This document shows, one piece after another, positions 39,886 through 50,185 of a stretch of 64,000 nucleotides of DNA. The notes beneath the pieces are model-generated. The model searched no databases. It worked only from the letters and a program-made list of their open reading frames with translations, and was not told the DNA's origin. This DNA is from Candidatus Omnitrophota bacterium (GTDB lineage Bacteria; Omnitrophota; Gorgyraeia; Duberdicusellales; 4484-171). The first letter of the stretch is position 1, and each line of letters begins with the position of its first letter. The DNA lies in assembly GCA_018826075.1 (NCBI GenBank), contig JAHKAJ010000015.1, forward strand, positions 15,091-79,090, written 5' to 3'. The position numbers and the translations under genes were made by a program.

Positions 39886-40313
39886 CAGAGAACCTCCACT
39901 AATTCGATAAATGTTCCTTCGGGGGCCCGGCAAAAGGCAACTTTAGCATAGCCGTCAGGTGAAACCTCAGGCCGGGAGTTAAAGAAAATTCCTGCGTCCT
40001 TTAATCTTTGGTATTCACTATCTAAATTATCCACAGTAAAAGCCACATGTCTGATACCGATATCAGTTATTTGATCTACCTCTATCTCCTGAAGATGAGA
40101 ATGGTACTCGAGCAACTCAATCATTTCCCCGTCTGGGGCCTTCATCTTAACTGTTGTTACAGATACTCCTTCCAAAGCGAGAACCTTATCAATATAGCCA
40201 CCCTTCTCTTCCATTTGCCTTTCAACCTTGAAACCGAGTAAATCACGGTAAAAAGCTAAAGACTTCTCAAGATTCTTAACTACTATCCCGGTATGACGAA
40301 TGTTTTTAACCAT
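39885..40313 (-). CDS. VOC (glyoxalase/bleomycin-resistance/dioxygenase) family protein, possibly a sugar isomerase/epimerase.
   Basis: IRHTGIVVKNLEKSLAFYRDLLGF. Confidence 0.55.
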   Translation of the reverse strand: MVKNIRHTGIVVKNLEKSLAFYRDLLGFKVERQMEEKGGYIDKVLALEGVSVTTVKMKAPDGEMIELLEYHSHLQEIEVDQITDIGIRHVAFTVDNLDSEYQRLKDAGIFFNSRPEVSPDGYAKVAFCRAPEGTFIELVEVL

Positions 40314-41041
40314 TATTCTATTACCACTCTATTTAACTTAATCTCTTCAGAGACCATTTCCTGGTCAAAAGAAACGACAAAAACTATATACCGAGCTAAC
40401 TCTTTAGGGTCAATAAAAGTATCAAAGTTTTGATTTTCAATTAGTTTTCCCATCCTTGTTTTTACTGCTCCCGGCGAAACACAAAATGTTCTGATATTGT
40501 GATCTTTTAGCTCTTTGTGTAAAGATCGAGAAAATCCTAAAAGAGCATGCTTTGAAGCACAGTAAAGTGAGGTCTTTTTGTATCCGGTGTAAGCCGAAGA
40601 AGAACCAATATTTATAATCCTACCCCATTTTTTCTTTACCATACCTTTAGAAAACTCTTTGCAAAATATGAATGCCGATCTGACATTTAAGTTAAAACTG
40701 GTTTCAAAATCTTCCAAGCTAGAATCGGATAGATTCTTGACTACAAAAATACCAGCACAATTAATTAAAATATCTATAATCAACATCTTCTCTTTTGCTA
40801 GGGCTATTATTTTATTTATATCCTGAATCTTATTAAAATCTCCGGCTTGATAAAAAATATTTCTTTTCTTATCCTGAGAGGCTTCTATCTCTTCCTTCAA
40901 ACTTTTCAATTTAGCGCTATTGGTCGCGGTCAAAAATAAATTACAACCATTGGCAGCCATTTGCAAGGCTATCTGCTTTCCTATTCCGCCAGTTGCGCCG
41001 GTTATAAAACAATTCTTATTTTCAAATAGTTTAAACTTCAT
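40313..41041 (-). CDS. SDR-family oxidoreductase.
   Basis: CFITGATGGIGKQIA. Confidence 0.7.
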   Translation of the reverse strand: MKFKLFENKNCFITGATGGIGKQIALQMAANGCNLFLTATNSAKLKSLKEEIEASQDKKRNIFYQAGDFNKIQDINKIIALAKEKMLIIDILINCAGIFVVKNLSDSSLEDFETSFNLNVRSAFIFCKEFSKGMVKKKWGRIINIGSSSAYTGYKKTSLYCASKHALLGFSRSLHKELKDHNIRTFCVSPGAVKTRMGKLIENQNFDTFIDPKELARYIVFVVSFDQEMVSEEIKLNRVVIE

Positions 41042-41802
41042 TAACCAAAAATCCTCCTTGCAAGATTTGGATCCTTGCCAATTTGATATTCTAGATAACC
41101 AAAGTCTTCCGGAATGTCGACTTCAAAAATCTGTGGCGTAACATAAGCGATAACCCGATCGCCGTGTATCTTTTTAGCCTCTCTAACATAAGCACTCTTA
41201 ATTATGTCAACATAGCCATTAGCTTGATAGGTTGTTGCAAACTCCTGACGAGGACGATTGGCCGCTTCTATGTCTAAAGATCCTGAACCGATAGATTTCA
41301 AATATCCTTCCTCTATATCAAAAGCTTTATAAACTGATTCGGTCATCGCATGCACTGAACGCAAAGCAGTGACCGACTCTTCAGCTTCCTTGATCCGCGA
41401 AATCGCCCCTTCGATATAACTTATCTCACGAAACGGTGTTGTCGGACGTAGATGAACTAGATATTTAGGCTGATACCCTTGATTGTCCTGCAGCCAATCT
41501 AAAAGATGTTTAATAAACTCATAGTCGGTACTGCTGTCGCCGGATATCTCCTTGGGCCGCAAAAAAGGAACGTCAGCCTTGTATTTCCGGGCGATATCAG
41601 CGTAATGTTCGGAATCGGTCGAGACAATTACTCTATCGATATTAGCTGTTGCGGTTGCCGCCGCAATGGTATAAGCAAACAAAGGCCGGCCGCCTAATAA
41701 TTTGATATTCTTATCGATCACAGATCTTGAACCGGATCTTGCCGGAATTACAGCAACCACTTCTTCCATAGTTAACAAACCTCTTGTATGCTTGACTCCC
41801 AA
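41041..41802 (-). CDS. NeuA-like nonulosonate cytidylyltransferase (CTP_transf_3 family).
   Basis: VAVIPARSGSRSVIDKNIKLLGGRPLFAYTI. Confidence 0.65.
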   Translation of the reverse strand: MGVKHTRGLLTMEEVVAVIPARSGSRSVIDKNIKLLGGRPLFAYTIAAATATANIDRVIVSTDSEHYADIARKYKADVPFLRPKEISGDSSTDYEFIKHLLDWLQDNQGYQPKYLVHLRPTTPFREISYIEGAISRIKEAEESVTALRSVHAMTESVYKAFDIEEGYLKSIGSGSLDIEAANRPRQEFATTYQANGYVDIIKSAYVREAKKIHGDRVIAYVTPQIFEVDIPEDFGYLEYQIGKDPNLARRIFG

Positions 41803-42632
41803 CGAATATGAGCCCTTAATTTTTGAGCAATTGGCACTTCTTTGCTGTGCATGGTTAGTTTTCCTGTACCCATTGCAGCTTCTATTTTTCGCACGGCTCC
41901 CACTAATGTCCGCAAACCACCTGGTTCAACTGAGGCTGCTTGATCTGAACCATACATCGCCCGATCTAAAGTAATATGCCTCTCCAATGAAGAAATCCCT
42001 AAAGAAGCCGCTGCATAAGACACCGCTAAACCAACTTCATGTCCGCTATAGCCAACCTTGCACTGATATAAATTACGTAAAGCTTCTATCCGTTTCAAAT
42101 TAGCATCTTCATCAGCCATCGGGTAAGTAGAAATGCAATGCATTAGCTCAAAAGAACACTTAGCTTTCTTGAAAATTTCTACCGCTCGGTCAATGTGTTT
42201 TTTTTCACTCATGCCGGTCGCAATAAAAGTATGCTTACCTTCTGAAGCAACTAGCTCAAGTAGCTCTTCATAAACAATCATTGCCGAAGCGATCTTGTTA
42301 TATTTTAAATTAAATTGTTGCAAAAACTTCTGACTTTCAATATCCCAAGCTGAAGCAAACCATTCAATGCTCTTTTCTTTACAATATTGATCGATCTCTT
42401 GATATTCTTTGAGTCCAAATTCAAGGCCTTCCTTTTGAGCCCGTTGGGTATCGCCCCAGGGACTTTGACGCGGTGAATCTAGAAACTGTTTTGAATAAAC
42501 TAAATCAACTGTCCGCTTCTGAAACTTAACAACATCGCATCCGGCATCTTTAGCTGTATCAATTAACTGCTTAGCAATGCCTACATCTCCGTTATGATTA
42601 ATCCCGACTTCAGCAACAATAAATATTCCCAT
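41772..42632 (-). CDS. NeuB-like synthase TIM-barrel domain with no apparent C-terminal SAF domain.
   Basis: IFIVAEVGINHNGDVGIAKQLIDTAKDAGCDVVKFQ. At 286 aa it is about 40-60 aa shorter than canonical NeuB. Confidence 0.55.
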   Translation of the reverse strand: MGIFIVAEVGINHNGDVGIAKQLIDTAKDAGCDVVKFQKRTVDLVYSKQFLDSPRQSPWGDTQRAQKEGLEFGLKEYQEIDQYCKEKSIEWFASAWDIESQKFLQQFNLKYNKIASAMIVYEELLELVASEGKHTFIATGMSEKKHIDRAVEIFKKAKCSFELMHCISTYPMADEDANLKRIEALRNLYQCKVGYSGHEVGLAVSYAAASLGISSLERHITLDRAMYGSDQAASVEPGGLRTLVGAVRKIEAAMGTGKLTMHSKEVPIAQKLRAHIRWESSIQEVC

Positions 42633-42652
42633 TTTTTCTCCTTGGTTAAAGT

Positions 42653-43942
42653 TTAGTTAGTTCTATCTGCCAACTCTACTAATAATTCATCAATACTTTT
42701 TTCGGCCGAAGGAACGTGTTTTCCTCTTCTAAAAATAACCGGATCATAAGTCCCGTCTTCTTCAATCCAATCAATTCCTTCTGAGTTGCCAAACCAAGCT
42801 TTGGGATTCAAGGTGTAACTCTTAGATATTGCACTAAAACCGATAACAAAAGCTTGATCGCAAGCAGCTCGGCCGTCACGCAGGGCACTGGAAGCAAAAC
42901 CAACCATACCTAAATAATCACACATGACTTCTCTTATTGGCTGATCATACCCAACGCAAATTGCGTTAACACCTTTACTTTTAAGATAATCCTGTAAATC
43001 ATAGGCCCAATGACTATTATCCCGTGGATGAAAACGTAAATGTACACTTCTAGCGCCACTCTCAGACAAAACAATCTGGATATCTCGATAGATAATTTCC
43101 AGCTGACTGGGAGAAAGTTTACTTTCATTAATAAAGCCACTCAATATCAGTAAAATAGCCGACTTATCTTTTTTAGCCTCATTGCCATTACAGCGGCAAT
43201 TTCCCTGTGTCGGATACTTAACAACATGCGCTTGGGCTTTTTTAAATAACTTTCTCACCTCTTCGGCTTCAACCTCATCGCAAAAAACAAAAACTCCTGA
43301 ATTATCTTTCGGAGCGATTTGATTAGAACTAACGTGTCCAGTTAAAGGGAATATTTTTCTAACCAACAACCCTGGTAAAATAATTCGACTACAAAACCGG
43401 TTCCCTTCTTTAAGAAAAAGGTGAAAAATCTTATTAGCATAGGCTTTTCCAGTCTGAAAAAATTCGTCAAATGATTTTGCCTGTTTAGTTTTTCTAAGTA
43501 CTTTGGATAAAAAACTATCCTGACTGCCGGGGTCAACAACTCGTTTGTACAAAGGATACCCCAGGGCTGCCCAAAAACAAACACAGACACAATGCGAAGG
43601 AATAACGCATTCTACTATATATCGCTCAAACACCTGGGCCACAGCATTTGATAGAAAAACATCGAAATTAGAACTGCGCCAGGTTTTCAGCTTTGACTTA
43701 ATATAAAAATGATGCTTGAGTATATTTTTAGAACTAGGCACAAGCCAGTATTCCTTAATTAACCCCTGAACACGCATTGAATCTAAAGCTTCTAGAGTTT
43801 TTGCTGGGGTAAAGTAATCTATTAAGATAATCGAAATCGAAAAATTCTCAGCCAATTTTGGTATCAAAGGAATCATTGTCTCATAAAAAACTTGAGGGCT
43901 GCCCCAGGACATCAATAGCTTTTTCTTATCATTCTTACTCAT
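42653..43942 (-). CDS. Hypothetical GT-B-like protein, possibly a TagF-like glycerophosphotransferase or a nonulosonate transferase.
   Basis: ...VHLRFHPRD... and ...LGMVGFASSAL... resemble TagF/Capsule_synth motifs. No confident family call. Confidence 0.25.
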   Translation of the reverse strand: MSKNDKKKLLMSWGSPQVFYETMIPLIPKLAENFSISIILIDYFTPAKTLEALDSMRVQGLIKEYWLVPSSKNILKHHFYIKSKLKTWRSSNFDVFLSNAVAQVFERYIVECVIPSHCVCVCFWAALGYPLYKRVVDPGSQDSFLSKVLRKTKQAKSFDEFFQTGKAYANKIFHLFLKEGNRFCSRIILPGLLVRKIFPLTGHVSSNQIAPKDNSGVFVFCDEVEAEEVRKLFKKAQAHVVKYPTQGNCRCNGNEAKKDKSAILLILSGFINESKLSPSQLEIIYRDIQIVLSESGARSVHLRFHPRDNSHWAYDLQDYLKSKGVNAICVGYDQPIREVMCDYLGMVGFASSALRDGRAACDQAFVIGFSAISKSYTLNPKAWFGNSEGIDWIEEDGTYDPVIFRRGKHVPSAEKSIDELLVELADRTN

Positions 43943-45765
43943 CTATAATCACTCCCTAAGGCCTGTAAACAAACAAGTCTATGATATACTCCTTTCTGTT
44001 CAAGGAGCTCCTGATGAGTTCCCTGCTGAACAAGGCAGCCGCCGCTAACAACAAATATTCGGTCAGCATCTAAAACCGTGGAAAGACGATGAGCTATAGT
44101 AATAACCGTTCTTCCTTTAGCGATATAATCTAAAGCCTGCTGAACTATCCGCTCTGACTCTGTGTCTAGAGATGAGGTTGCTTCATCAAAAACAAGAATC
44201 TCAGGCTCAGTTAAGATAGCCCTAGCAATTGCGATCCGCTGCCTTTGGCCTCCCGATAAACGCACGCCTCTTTCACCAAGCAAGGTATCATAGCCCTTAG
44301 GCAGTTCCTTTATAAACTCAGAAACATGGGCCCGTTGGGCGGCTGTCTCTATCTCCTCTTTGCTGGCTCCAGGTTTAGCAAAGGCAATGTTAGCCTGAAC
44401 TGTATCATTAAATAAAAAAGTGTCTTGAGAAACAACTCCGATTGACCTACGCCAAAAATTAAGATCCAGCTCTCGCAAGTCAACACCATCAATAAGAATC
44501 TGTCCCTTTTGGGGATCATAAAAACGCAATAGAAGTTCTACTATCGTTGATTTGCCGCCGCCAGAAGGGCCAACAATGCCAACTTTCAATCCTTTAGTAA
44601 TCGACAAAGACACATCGCTCAATACTACATTCTCACCACTATTGTATTGAAAACTAAGATCTTTTATCTCTATTTCCTTTTTTAAGCCGGAGAAACATTT
44701 GCTACCATTAGGAATGTAGAGCGATTCTTTTTCCTGAATAAATTGATGAATGCGATTCAAGAAAGGCCAATAGCCAATAATTGAAACTCGTATTGAATTA
44801 AAAGCATTTGCCGAAGGTAGAATCCGGAAAAATATAAAAAGAAAGACTAGAAGGACCTGGATCGAAGACTCACCGTAATGCTGCAAAGCAAATGATCCAG
44901 CAATCATAACCAAAGCTAAACTGCTGACAGCTATAAATTCAAAAAAAGGCTTAACTAGATCTTTTGCCTTAACCAAACTAAAAACCTTTTTTCTATATTC
45001 TTCTGCATCTTTATCGAACCTATTGATAGTATCATTCTCACGATTAAACAAATGAATGGTCTTCATGCCAGTTAAGGCGTCAAGCAAAGTACTAGTTAAA
45101 TTTTTAACCGCTAAATCGGAAGCCTTACCGGATGCTGCTGCCCGGCGACTTAAGCCTTTAAGGATCGACGAAGCTAATACAACTAGAACAACAGCAAGGA
45201 TTGTCATCTTCCAAGATAAAACAAATAACATTGAAAGAAGCAACAAAATAGTAAGCAGCTTAGGAACAATATTTCCTATATTACCTATCAACACTCCTAC
45301 ATGATTAGCATTAGTTATAATCAGAGATTGAATATGGCCCAATCGTTGCAAGTTAAAGTAACCTATTTTAAATTTCATCAATTGTTCAAAGCAAAGCATG
45401 CGATAGTATTTTATGGAATTCTGCTGCAGGCGATTTACTAAAATATTCCCCATATAGGTTAAAAAACTCTTAAGCGAAATTATAATAATCATAAACGCGG
45501 CAATGGTTTGAATTTTTTGTTTGAGTCCCATATCAACAAAAAAAGAAGAAACTAGACTAAAAGGATATGGCAACGGCACAATCTTTGGCCCAGCGGCGCC
45601 ATCTAACAAAGGAATAACTATAGTTACTCCAAAGCCCTCAGTTAAAGATACACCAATTCCAAAAAAGGCGATAAGAATAACTATGCCTTTAAACCGTTTT
45701 AACAACTGCACGAGCTGTTTTGTATTATCTTTAACTAACAGCTCTTTATGTAACTGCTCATCCAT
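43939..45765 (-). CDS. Fused TMD-NBD ABC exporter (MsbA/PglK-like flippase type).
   Basis: Six N-terminal TM helices, Walker A (GPSGGGKST), signature (LSGGQRQR) and Walker B (ILVFDEATS). Confidence 0.85.
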   Translation of the reverse strand: MDEQLHKELLVKDNTKQLVQLLKRFKGIVILIAFFGIGVSLTEGFGVTIVIPLLDGAAGPKIVPLPYPFSLVSSFFVDMGLKQKIQTIAAFMIIIISLKSFLTYMGNILVNRLQQNSIKYYRMLCFEQLMKFKIGYFNLQRLGHIQSLIITNANHVGVLIGNIGNIVPKLLTILLLLSMLFVLSWKMTILAVVLVVLASSILKGLSRRAAASGKASDLAVKNLTSTLLDALTGMKTIHLFNRENDTINRFDKDAEEYRKKVFSLVKAKDLVKPFFEFIAVSSLALVMIAGSFALQHYGESSIQVLLVFLFIFFRILPSANAFNSIRVSIIGYWPFLNRIHQFIQEKESLYIPNGSKCFSGLKKEIEIKDLSFQYNSGENVVLSDVSLSITKGLKVGIVGPSGGGKSTIVELLLRFYDPQKGQILIDGVDLRELDLNFWRRSIGVVSQDTFLFNDTVQANIAFAKPGASKEEIETAAQRAHVSEFIKELPKGYDTLLGERGVRLSGGQRQRIAIARAILTEPEILVFDEATSSLDTESERIVQQALDYIAKGRTVITIAHRLSTVLDADRIFVVSGGCLVQQGTHQELLEQKGVYHRLVCLQALGSDYR

Positions 45766-46825
45766 ATCGCGCCTCTTGACATTTCTTAGAAATAGCTGTC
45801 ACTGCCTTATATATAGGTAAAAACCCAGGATAGTTTACTGACTTTTTATTTAACAATGAACTCAAACTCACTTCTTTTGAGGAAAACAACTGCTTGGTTT
45901 TCTTTAAAATCCCATAGGCTCCGGGAATGCACTTACTTATCTTCTTTAAGCGTTCTTTTGGGGAAAAAACAGCATAGCGCTGCTTAAACTTATCTGACAG
46001 GCAACCATTCAGATAGCTCCAAAAAGCCCTTTTAGATATAGCCTGAGCCTGCTCGCGAGTAATACTATCCTCCTGAATAAGGCCTTCAACCAAAGAATCA
46101 TGAAATATTTTATAAGCTTCATTCCAGTCAGGATTAGTTATCCAATCATAAATATCACTATGAAATGCACGCCCCTGATGGTGCTGTCTCACTAAATACA
46201 GGTCATCATAATGCTTTATTTTTCCATGAACAACAGAAAGGCAACATGGCAATAGCTCCTCCATAAATGCCCGCTCAGAGAGTTGTTTAACATTCTGATA
46301 TAACTTTTTCCATGTTTCCGTGCGCTGAACTGAAAAAACAGTAACACTGTAATTATTTAAATGGCCTATTAACCTCTCGCTTGCTGTTGATTCCTCTACT
46401 GCCCGCTGAGGATACCTCCCTATATTCAAAAACTCTCCATAAACACCGGAATTCTTAAGTGAAAAAACCAAAGCGCTACCATGAGCGGCACTATATTCTG
46501 GATTGCTCTCTAGAAAATCAATACACTTTTCCAACGTTTTGGTAATAATGAAGTCATCGTCAAGAATGATTGCTGCATAAGGAGTATCTAACTTGTCGAC
46601 CAGGGCCTTCAAGCACATTGAAATCGATAGATTAGGATACTCAAGGTGTCTAATGTTTAACTTACCGTCTAGGCTCTTAATAAATTCTTTAGTTCGTTCC
46701 AGATGAGTCTGGTCACTGGAATCTCCTATACAAATTGAATAGGGATAGTCTGTGTCAGCGTAATATTGCAGTAATCTAATTAAAAAATCAGATCGGTCCA
46801 TTGTCGGAATCATCAAGGTAATCAT
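45758..46825 (-). CDS. GT2-like glycosyltransferase.
   Basis: LMIPTMDRSDFL...AAIILDDDF (DXD). Confidence 0.5.
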   Translation of the reverse strand: MITLMIPTMDRSDFLIRLLQYYADTDYPYSICIGDSSDQTHLERTKEFIKSLDGKLNIRHLEYPNLSISMCLKALVDKLDTPYAAIILDDDFIITKTLEKCIDFLESNPEYSAAHGSALVFSLKNSGVYGEFLNIGRYPQRAVEESTASERLIGHLNNYSVTVFSVQRTETWKKLYQNVKQLSERAFMEELLPCCLSVVHGKIKHYDDLYLVRQHHQGRAFHSDIYDWITNPDWNEAYKIFHDSLVEGLIQEDSITREQAQAISKRAFWSYLNGCLSDKFKQRYAVFSPKERLKKISKCIPGAYGILKKTKQLFSSKEVSLSSLLNKKSVNYPGFLPIYKAVTAISKKCQEARYG

Positions 46826-46849
46826 AACTATCTTTTTATAGCCCTGCGT

Positions 46850-48055
46850 TTAACCTTCTTGCTTATTATTTATAAACTCTTCGACGATTTTTAAAAAATA
46901 ATCGAGATGCTCTTTGCCTAAATCCTGATGCACCCCAATATGCAGACCATTGTTACCTACATACTCAGCATTTGGGAAATCACCTAACTTATAGCCTAAG
47001 AATTCGAATCCCGGACATTGAGTCGGCATTGAAGAAAAAAGACTTCGTGTGTCAACGCCTTTTTCTTCAAGAAAAATCACCAATTGTTCACGACTGAATT
47101 TAGCCTTTTCCTGGACAATAATCGGAAAGGCATGTGGACCTATCTTTTCATAAGCGGCCTCTTCTATAGTTACAAGGTCAGCTTCGAACTTTTTAAAATT
47201 ATCAATTAAATATTTTAAGTTTTCTCTTCTTTTATCTAATATGTCCTGATAACTATCGATATTGCCAAGACCAATAGCCGCTTCCATTTCGTTCATCTTG
47301 CAGGAATAGCCAATCCGCTCAAAGCTAAATCGAATATCTCGCTTTTGACCATATTGAAACCGCTTAGCGCAATATTTAGATTGGGTATTAAGTTGGCAAA
47401 TTTTGCATTTGCAGGCTCGACCATGGCAACGCAACGATCTTAAAATTTCAGCAAATTCAGAGTTATCAGTAGTTATGATTCCGCCTTCAACCGTAGTGAT
47501 AATGTGGGCTACATAAAGGCTAAAAGCTCCCATATCAGCCAAGGCCCCAGCTTTTTTGCCCTTATATTCGGCACCATGAGCTTCAGCAGCATCTTCGATA
47601 ACATAAAGATTGTATTTTTTGGCTATTAGTTTAATCTCATCCATCGCTGCTGGTTTACCCATTAAATGAACCGGCATAATTGCGCATGTGTTATCAGTAA
47701 TTGCTGCCTCTATTTTTTTAGGATCGATATTTAAAGTTTTCCGATCAATATCGATAAATGCCGGCCTAAACCCGGCTTGCAACACTGCGTTTCCAGTAGC
47801 TACAAAAGAAAGTGCCGGAACTATTACCTGATCGTCTTTTTGAGCCCCAAAATCATACAATGTTGCTAAGGCTAAAGCATCGGCATCAGTGCCACTGGAT
47901 ACAGCGACTGCTTCTTTAACCCCGATTAGCTGAGCGAATCTCTCTTCCAATTCTCTTACATATTTACCGGAAGAAAGACGATTAGAATCTAAACACTGAT
48001 TAACCAATTCTTTTGCTTTAGTAGTAACTGAAATAGTACCAAAAGGTATTCTCAT
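46850..48055 (-). CDS. DegT/DnrJ/EryC1-family PLP sugar aminotransferase.
   Basis: VSSGTDALALA and the family-wide layout. The start is refined to the ATG at 48053..48055, which forms an ATGA overlap and has an AAGGGAG SD. Confidence 0.8.
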   Translation of the reverse strand: MRIPFGTISVTTKAKELVNQCLDSNRLSSGKYVRELEERFAQLIGVKEAVAVSSGTDADALALATLYDFGAQKDDQVIVPALSFVATGNAVLQAGFRPAFIDIDRKTLNIDPKKIEAAITDNTCAIMPVHLMGKPAAMDEIKLIAKKYNLYVIEDAAEAHGAEYKGKKAGALADMGAFSLYVAHIITTVEGGIITTDNSEFAEILRSLRCHGRACKCKICQLNTQSKYCAKRFQYGQKRDIRFSFERIGYSCKMNEMEAAIGLGNIDSYQDILDKRRENLKYLIDNFKKFEADLVTIEEAAYEKIGPHAFPIIVQEKAKFSREQLVIFLEEKGVDTRSLFSSMPTQCPGFEFLGYKLGDFPNAEYVGNNGLHIGVHQDLGKEHLDYFLKIVEEFINNKQEG

Positions 48056-49482
48056 TTTTTCAACTCCCTTTGGAAAAGACATCTTTTAATTTTGTCAGTC
48101 AATCTAAATAACATAAGAATCGCCCCTAAAATTCCACTTTTACGAATCATCGGTAAAATTCGCCAAGGAGCAGAATAGATACTTAAAAATCCGTCATTTT
48201 GTAGCTGAAGTAACTTTTCGGCCGACAACTCGTTCACCTCCATAACCGCTGAACCGTAACGCCTGTACCTTGAATAGTCTTCAGTCAATAATCTTAATCC
48301 ATAATCTCCTCTTCTAGCCATATCATAAAGCTCAGTGCCAGGGTAGGGAGTAGCAATGCTAAAATTGGCCTGCTGAATATCTCGGGCCTGACGCAAAAAG
48401 CTAAGTGTTTTGCCTACGGTTTCAGCTGTCTCCCCGGGTAAACCAAGCATAATCGAATTCAAAGTCTCAATGCCATATTTATTAGTAATCCGATTGGCTT
48501 TTTCATAACTATCTAAAGGAACTTCTTTTTTAATAATTTTGCGAATTTCAGGATCGACAGTTTCTAAACCAAAAGAAATTCTAATTAAACCGCTGTTAGC
48601 CATAACTTCTACCAACTCTTCATCAATCAGATTTGCTCGAGTGCTGCCGTCAAAAGTTATTTTCAAGTTCTCTTTAATTATTGCCTGACAAATTGCTAAA
48701 ATATAGTTTCGATCCAAAGTAAGAGTATCATCAAGAAAAGTAAAATGCCGAGTATTAAAATTATAAATCACTGACTTAATCTCAGCGATGACTGAATCTA
48801 CAGATCTTCTTCTCACCTGACTTCCAAATACTTTAGTGCTACAAAATATGCATTTAAAAGGGCAACCTCTTGTAGTCATGATAGTAGTGAAATTCTTTCT
48901 GCCCCTTAAAGTTCCGATATTATATTTTTCTCTGTTTAGCAGGTGTCGGGCCGGATAAGGTATTGAATCGATGTCCTTTACTGGTTCTGAACTGCCGGTA
49001 GAAATAGTTTTGCCGTCTTTCCGATAAATAATGCCTTTAATACCGGAAATGTCTTCATCATTTTCATAACGGTTCAAAAAATTAACCCATGACTCCTCAG
49101 CTTCGCCAATAAACGCATAGTCAAAACAAGCTGGGAAATCTTTTTCCTGTAATATAGTTATATGGGCCCCTCCGATAACTATCGGGATATTAGAAAACCT
49201 CCGTTTAAAAGCCTTGGCATGCTCAACCACTATATGGAAAAAAGGAGTAGTTGCGGTCATGCCGATAATATCCGGATTGAAATTTTCTATTTCTTTGGTA
49301 ATTTTTTCTAAAGAAATATTTTCAGCCTCAGCATCGATAATTTTCACTGTATGACCCAGTTTTTCAGCCAAAGCAGCGATGTAAGCTAAATTTAACGGCG
49401 GCCAAATAGATGCTTTTTTGGCAAAATGCGAAAATATTCCGTATTCAGCCGTCCAGCGTGGAAATAGCAATAGGATCTTCAT
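48052..49482 (-). CDS. B12-binding radical-SAM enzyme (class B).
   Basis: N-terminal B12-binding domain and TRGCPFKCIFC. Confidence 0.75.
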   Translation of the reverse strand: MKILLLFPRWTAEYGIFSHFAKKASIWPPLNLAYIAALAEKLGHTVKIIDAEAENISLEKITKEIENFNPDIIGMTATTPFFHIVVEHAKAFKRRFSNIPIVIGGAHITILQEKDFPACFDYAFIGEAEESWVNFLNRYENDEDISGIKGIIYRKDGKTISTGSSEPVKDIDSIPYPARHLLNREKYNIGTLRGRKNFTTIMTTRGCPFKCIFCSTKVFGSQVRRRSVDSVIAEIKSVIYNFNTRHFTFLDDTLTLDRNYILAICQAIIKENLKITFDGSTRANLIDEELVEVMANSGLIRISFGLETVDPEIRKIIKKEVPLDSYEKANRITNKYGIETLNSIMLGLPGETAETVGKTLSFLRQARDIQQANFSIATPYPGTELYDMARRGDYGLRLLTEDYSRYRRYGSAVMEVNELSAEKLLQLQNDGFLSIYSAPWRILPMIRKSGILGAILMLFRLTDKIKRCLFQRELKK

Positions 49483-49483
49483 C

Positions 49484-50185
49484 TTAATTTTTCACTACCA
49501 AACTCTTCTTTGCTTGTTCGTATCTCTCCGGGGTACCGATATCAACTAATTGCTGTTCAGTTACATAGCCAAAGCAATTTTTGTTTTTAAGTTTAGGGAA
49601 TAAATCATATTCCAAAGAAAATATCCCTTTAGGCATATAGGAAAAAATAGTTTTTTCCATAAAATATATACCTGCATTCATAAAGCCTTGTTTTTGAGAG
49701 TCGGCCCGCTCAGAAAAATCTTTTATCTGACCAAAATCATCCAAAGTAACTATTCCGCAATCTCCTGACTCTCTTGCCTTAACTAGAACTAAAGTAGTAA
49801 AAGCTTTTTTACTCTGATGAAAGTTGAAAACCTTATTAAAATCCAAATCACAAAAAGAATCACCATTTATAGCTAAAAATAAATCACTGGTAACTAACTT
49901 CTCGGCCTTCTTTAAGCCACCGCCAGTGCCCAAAGCGCTCTCTTCTTCAGAAAAAACTATATCCTCCCGGTCTTTAAAATACTCTATGACCTCTTCTCTT
50001 TTATAGCCAACACTTAAAATAAACCGCTTAAAACTAAATCTCTTAAGATTCGTAATTAAAAGATCCAAAAAAGGTTTGCCATTAATATCCGCTAAAACTT
50101 TAGGCTTATCAGCTAAAACTGATTGTAATCTTTCACCCTTTCCACCGCAAAGGATAACTACATCTATATTTGTTAAATCACTCAT
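49484..50185 (-). CDS. Sugar-1-phosphate nucleotidyltransferase (HddC/NTP_transferase-like).
   Basis: VVILCGGKGERL...KPKVL. Confidence 0.7.
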   Translation of the reverse strand: MSDLTNIDVVILCGGKGERLQSVLADKPKVLADINGKPFLDLLITNLKRFSFKRFILSVGYKREEVIEYFKDREDIVFSEEESALGTGGGLKKAEKLVTSDLFLAINGDSFCDLDFNKVFNFHQSKKAFTTLVLVKARESGDCGIVTLDDFGQIKDFSERADSQKQGFMNAGIYFMEKTIFSYMPKGIFSLEYDLFPKLKNKNCFGYVTEQQLVDIGTPERYEQAKKSLVVKN

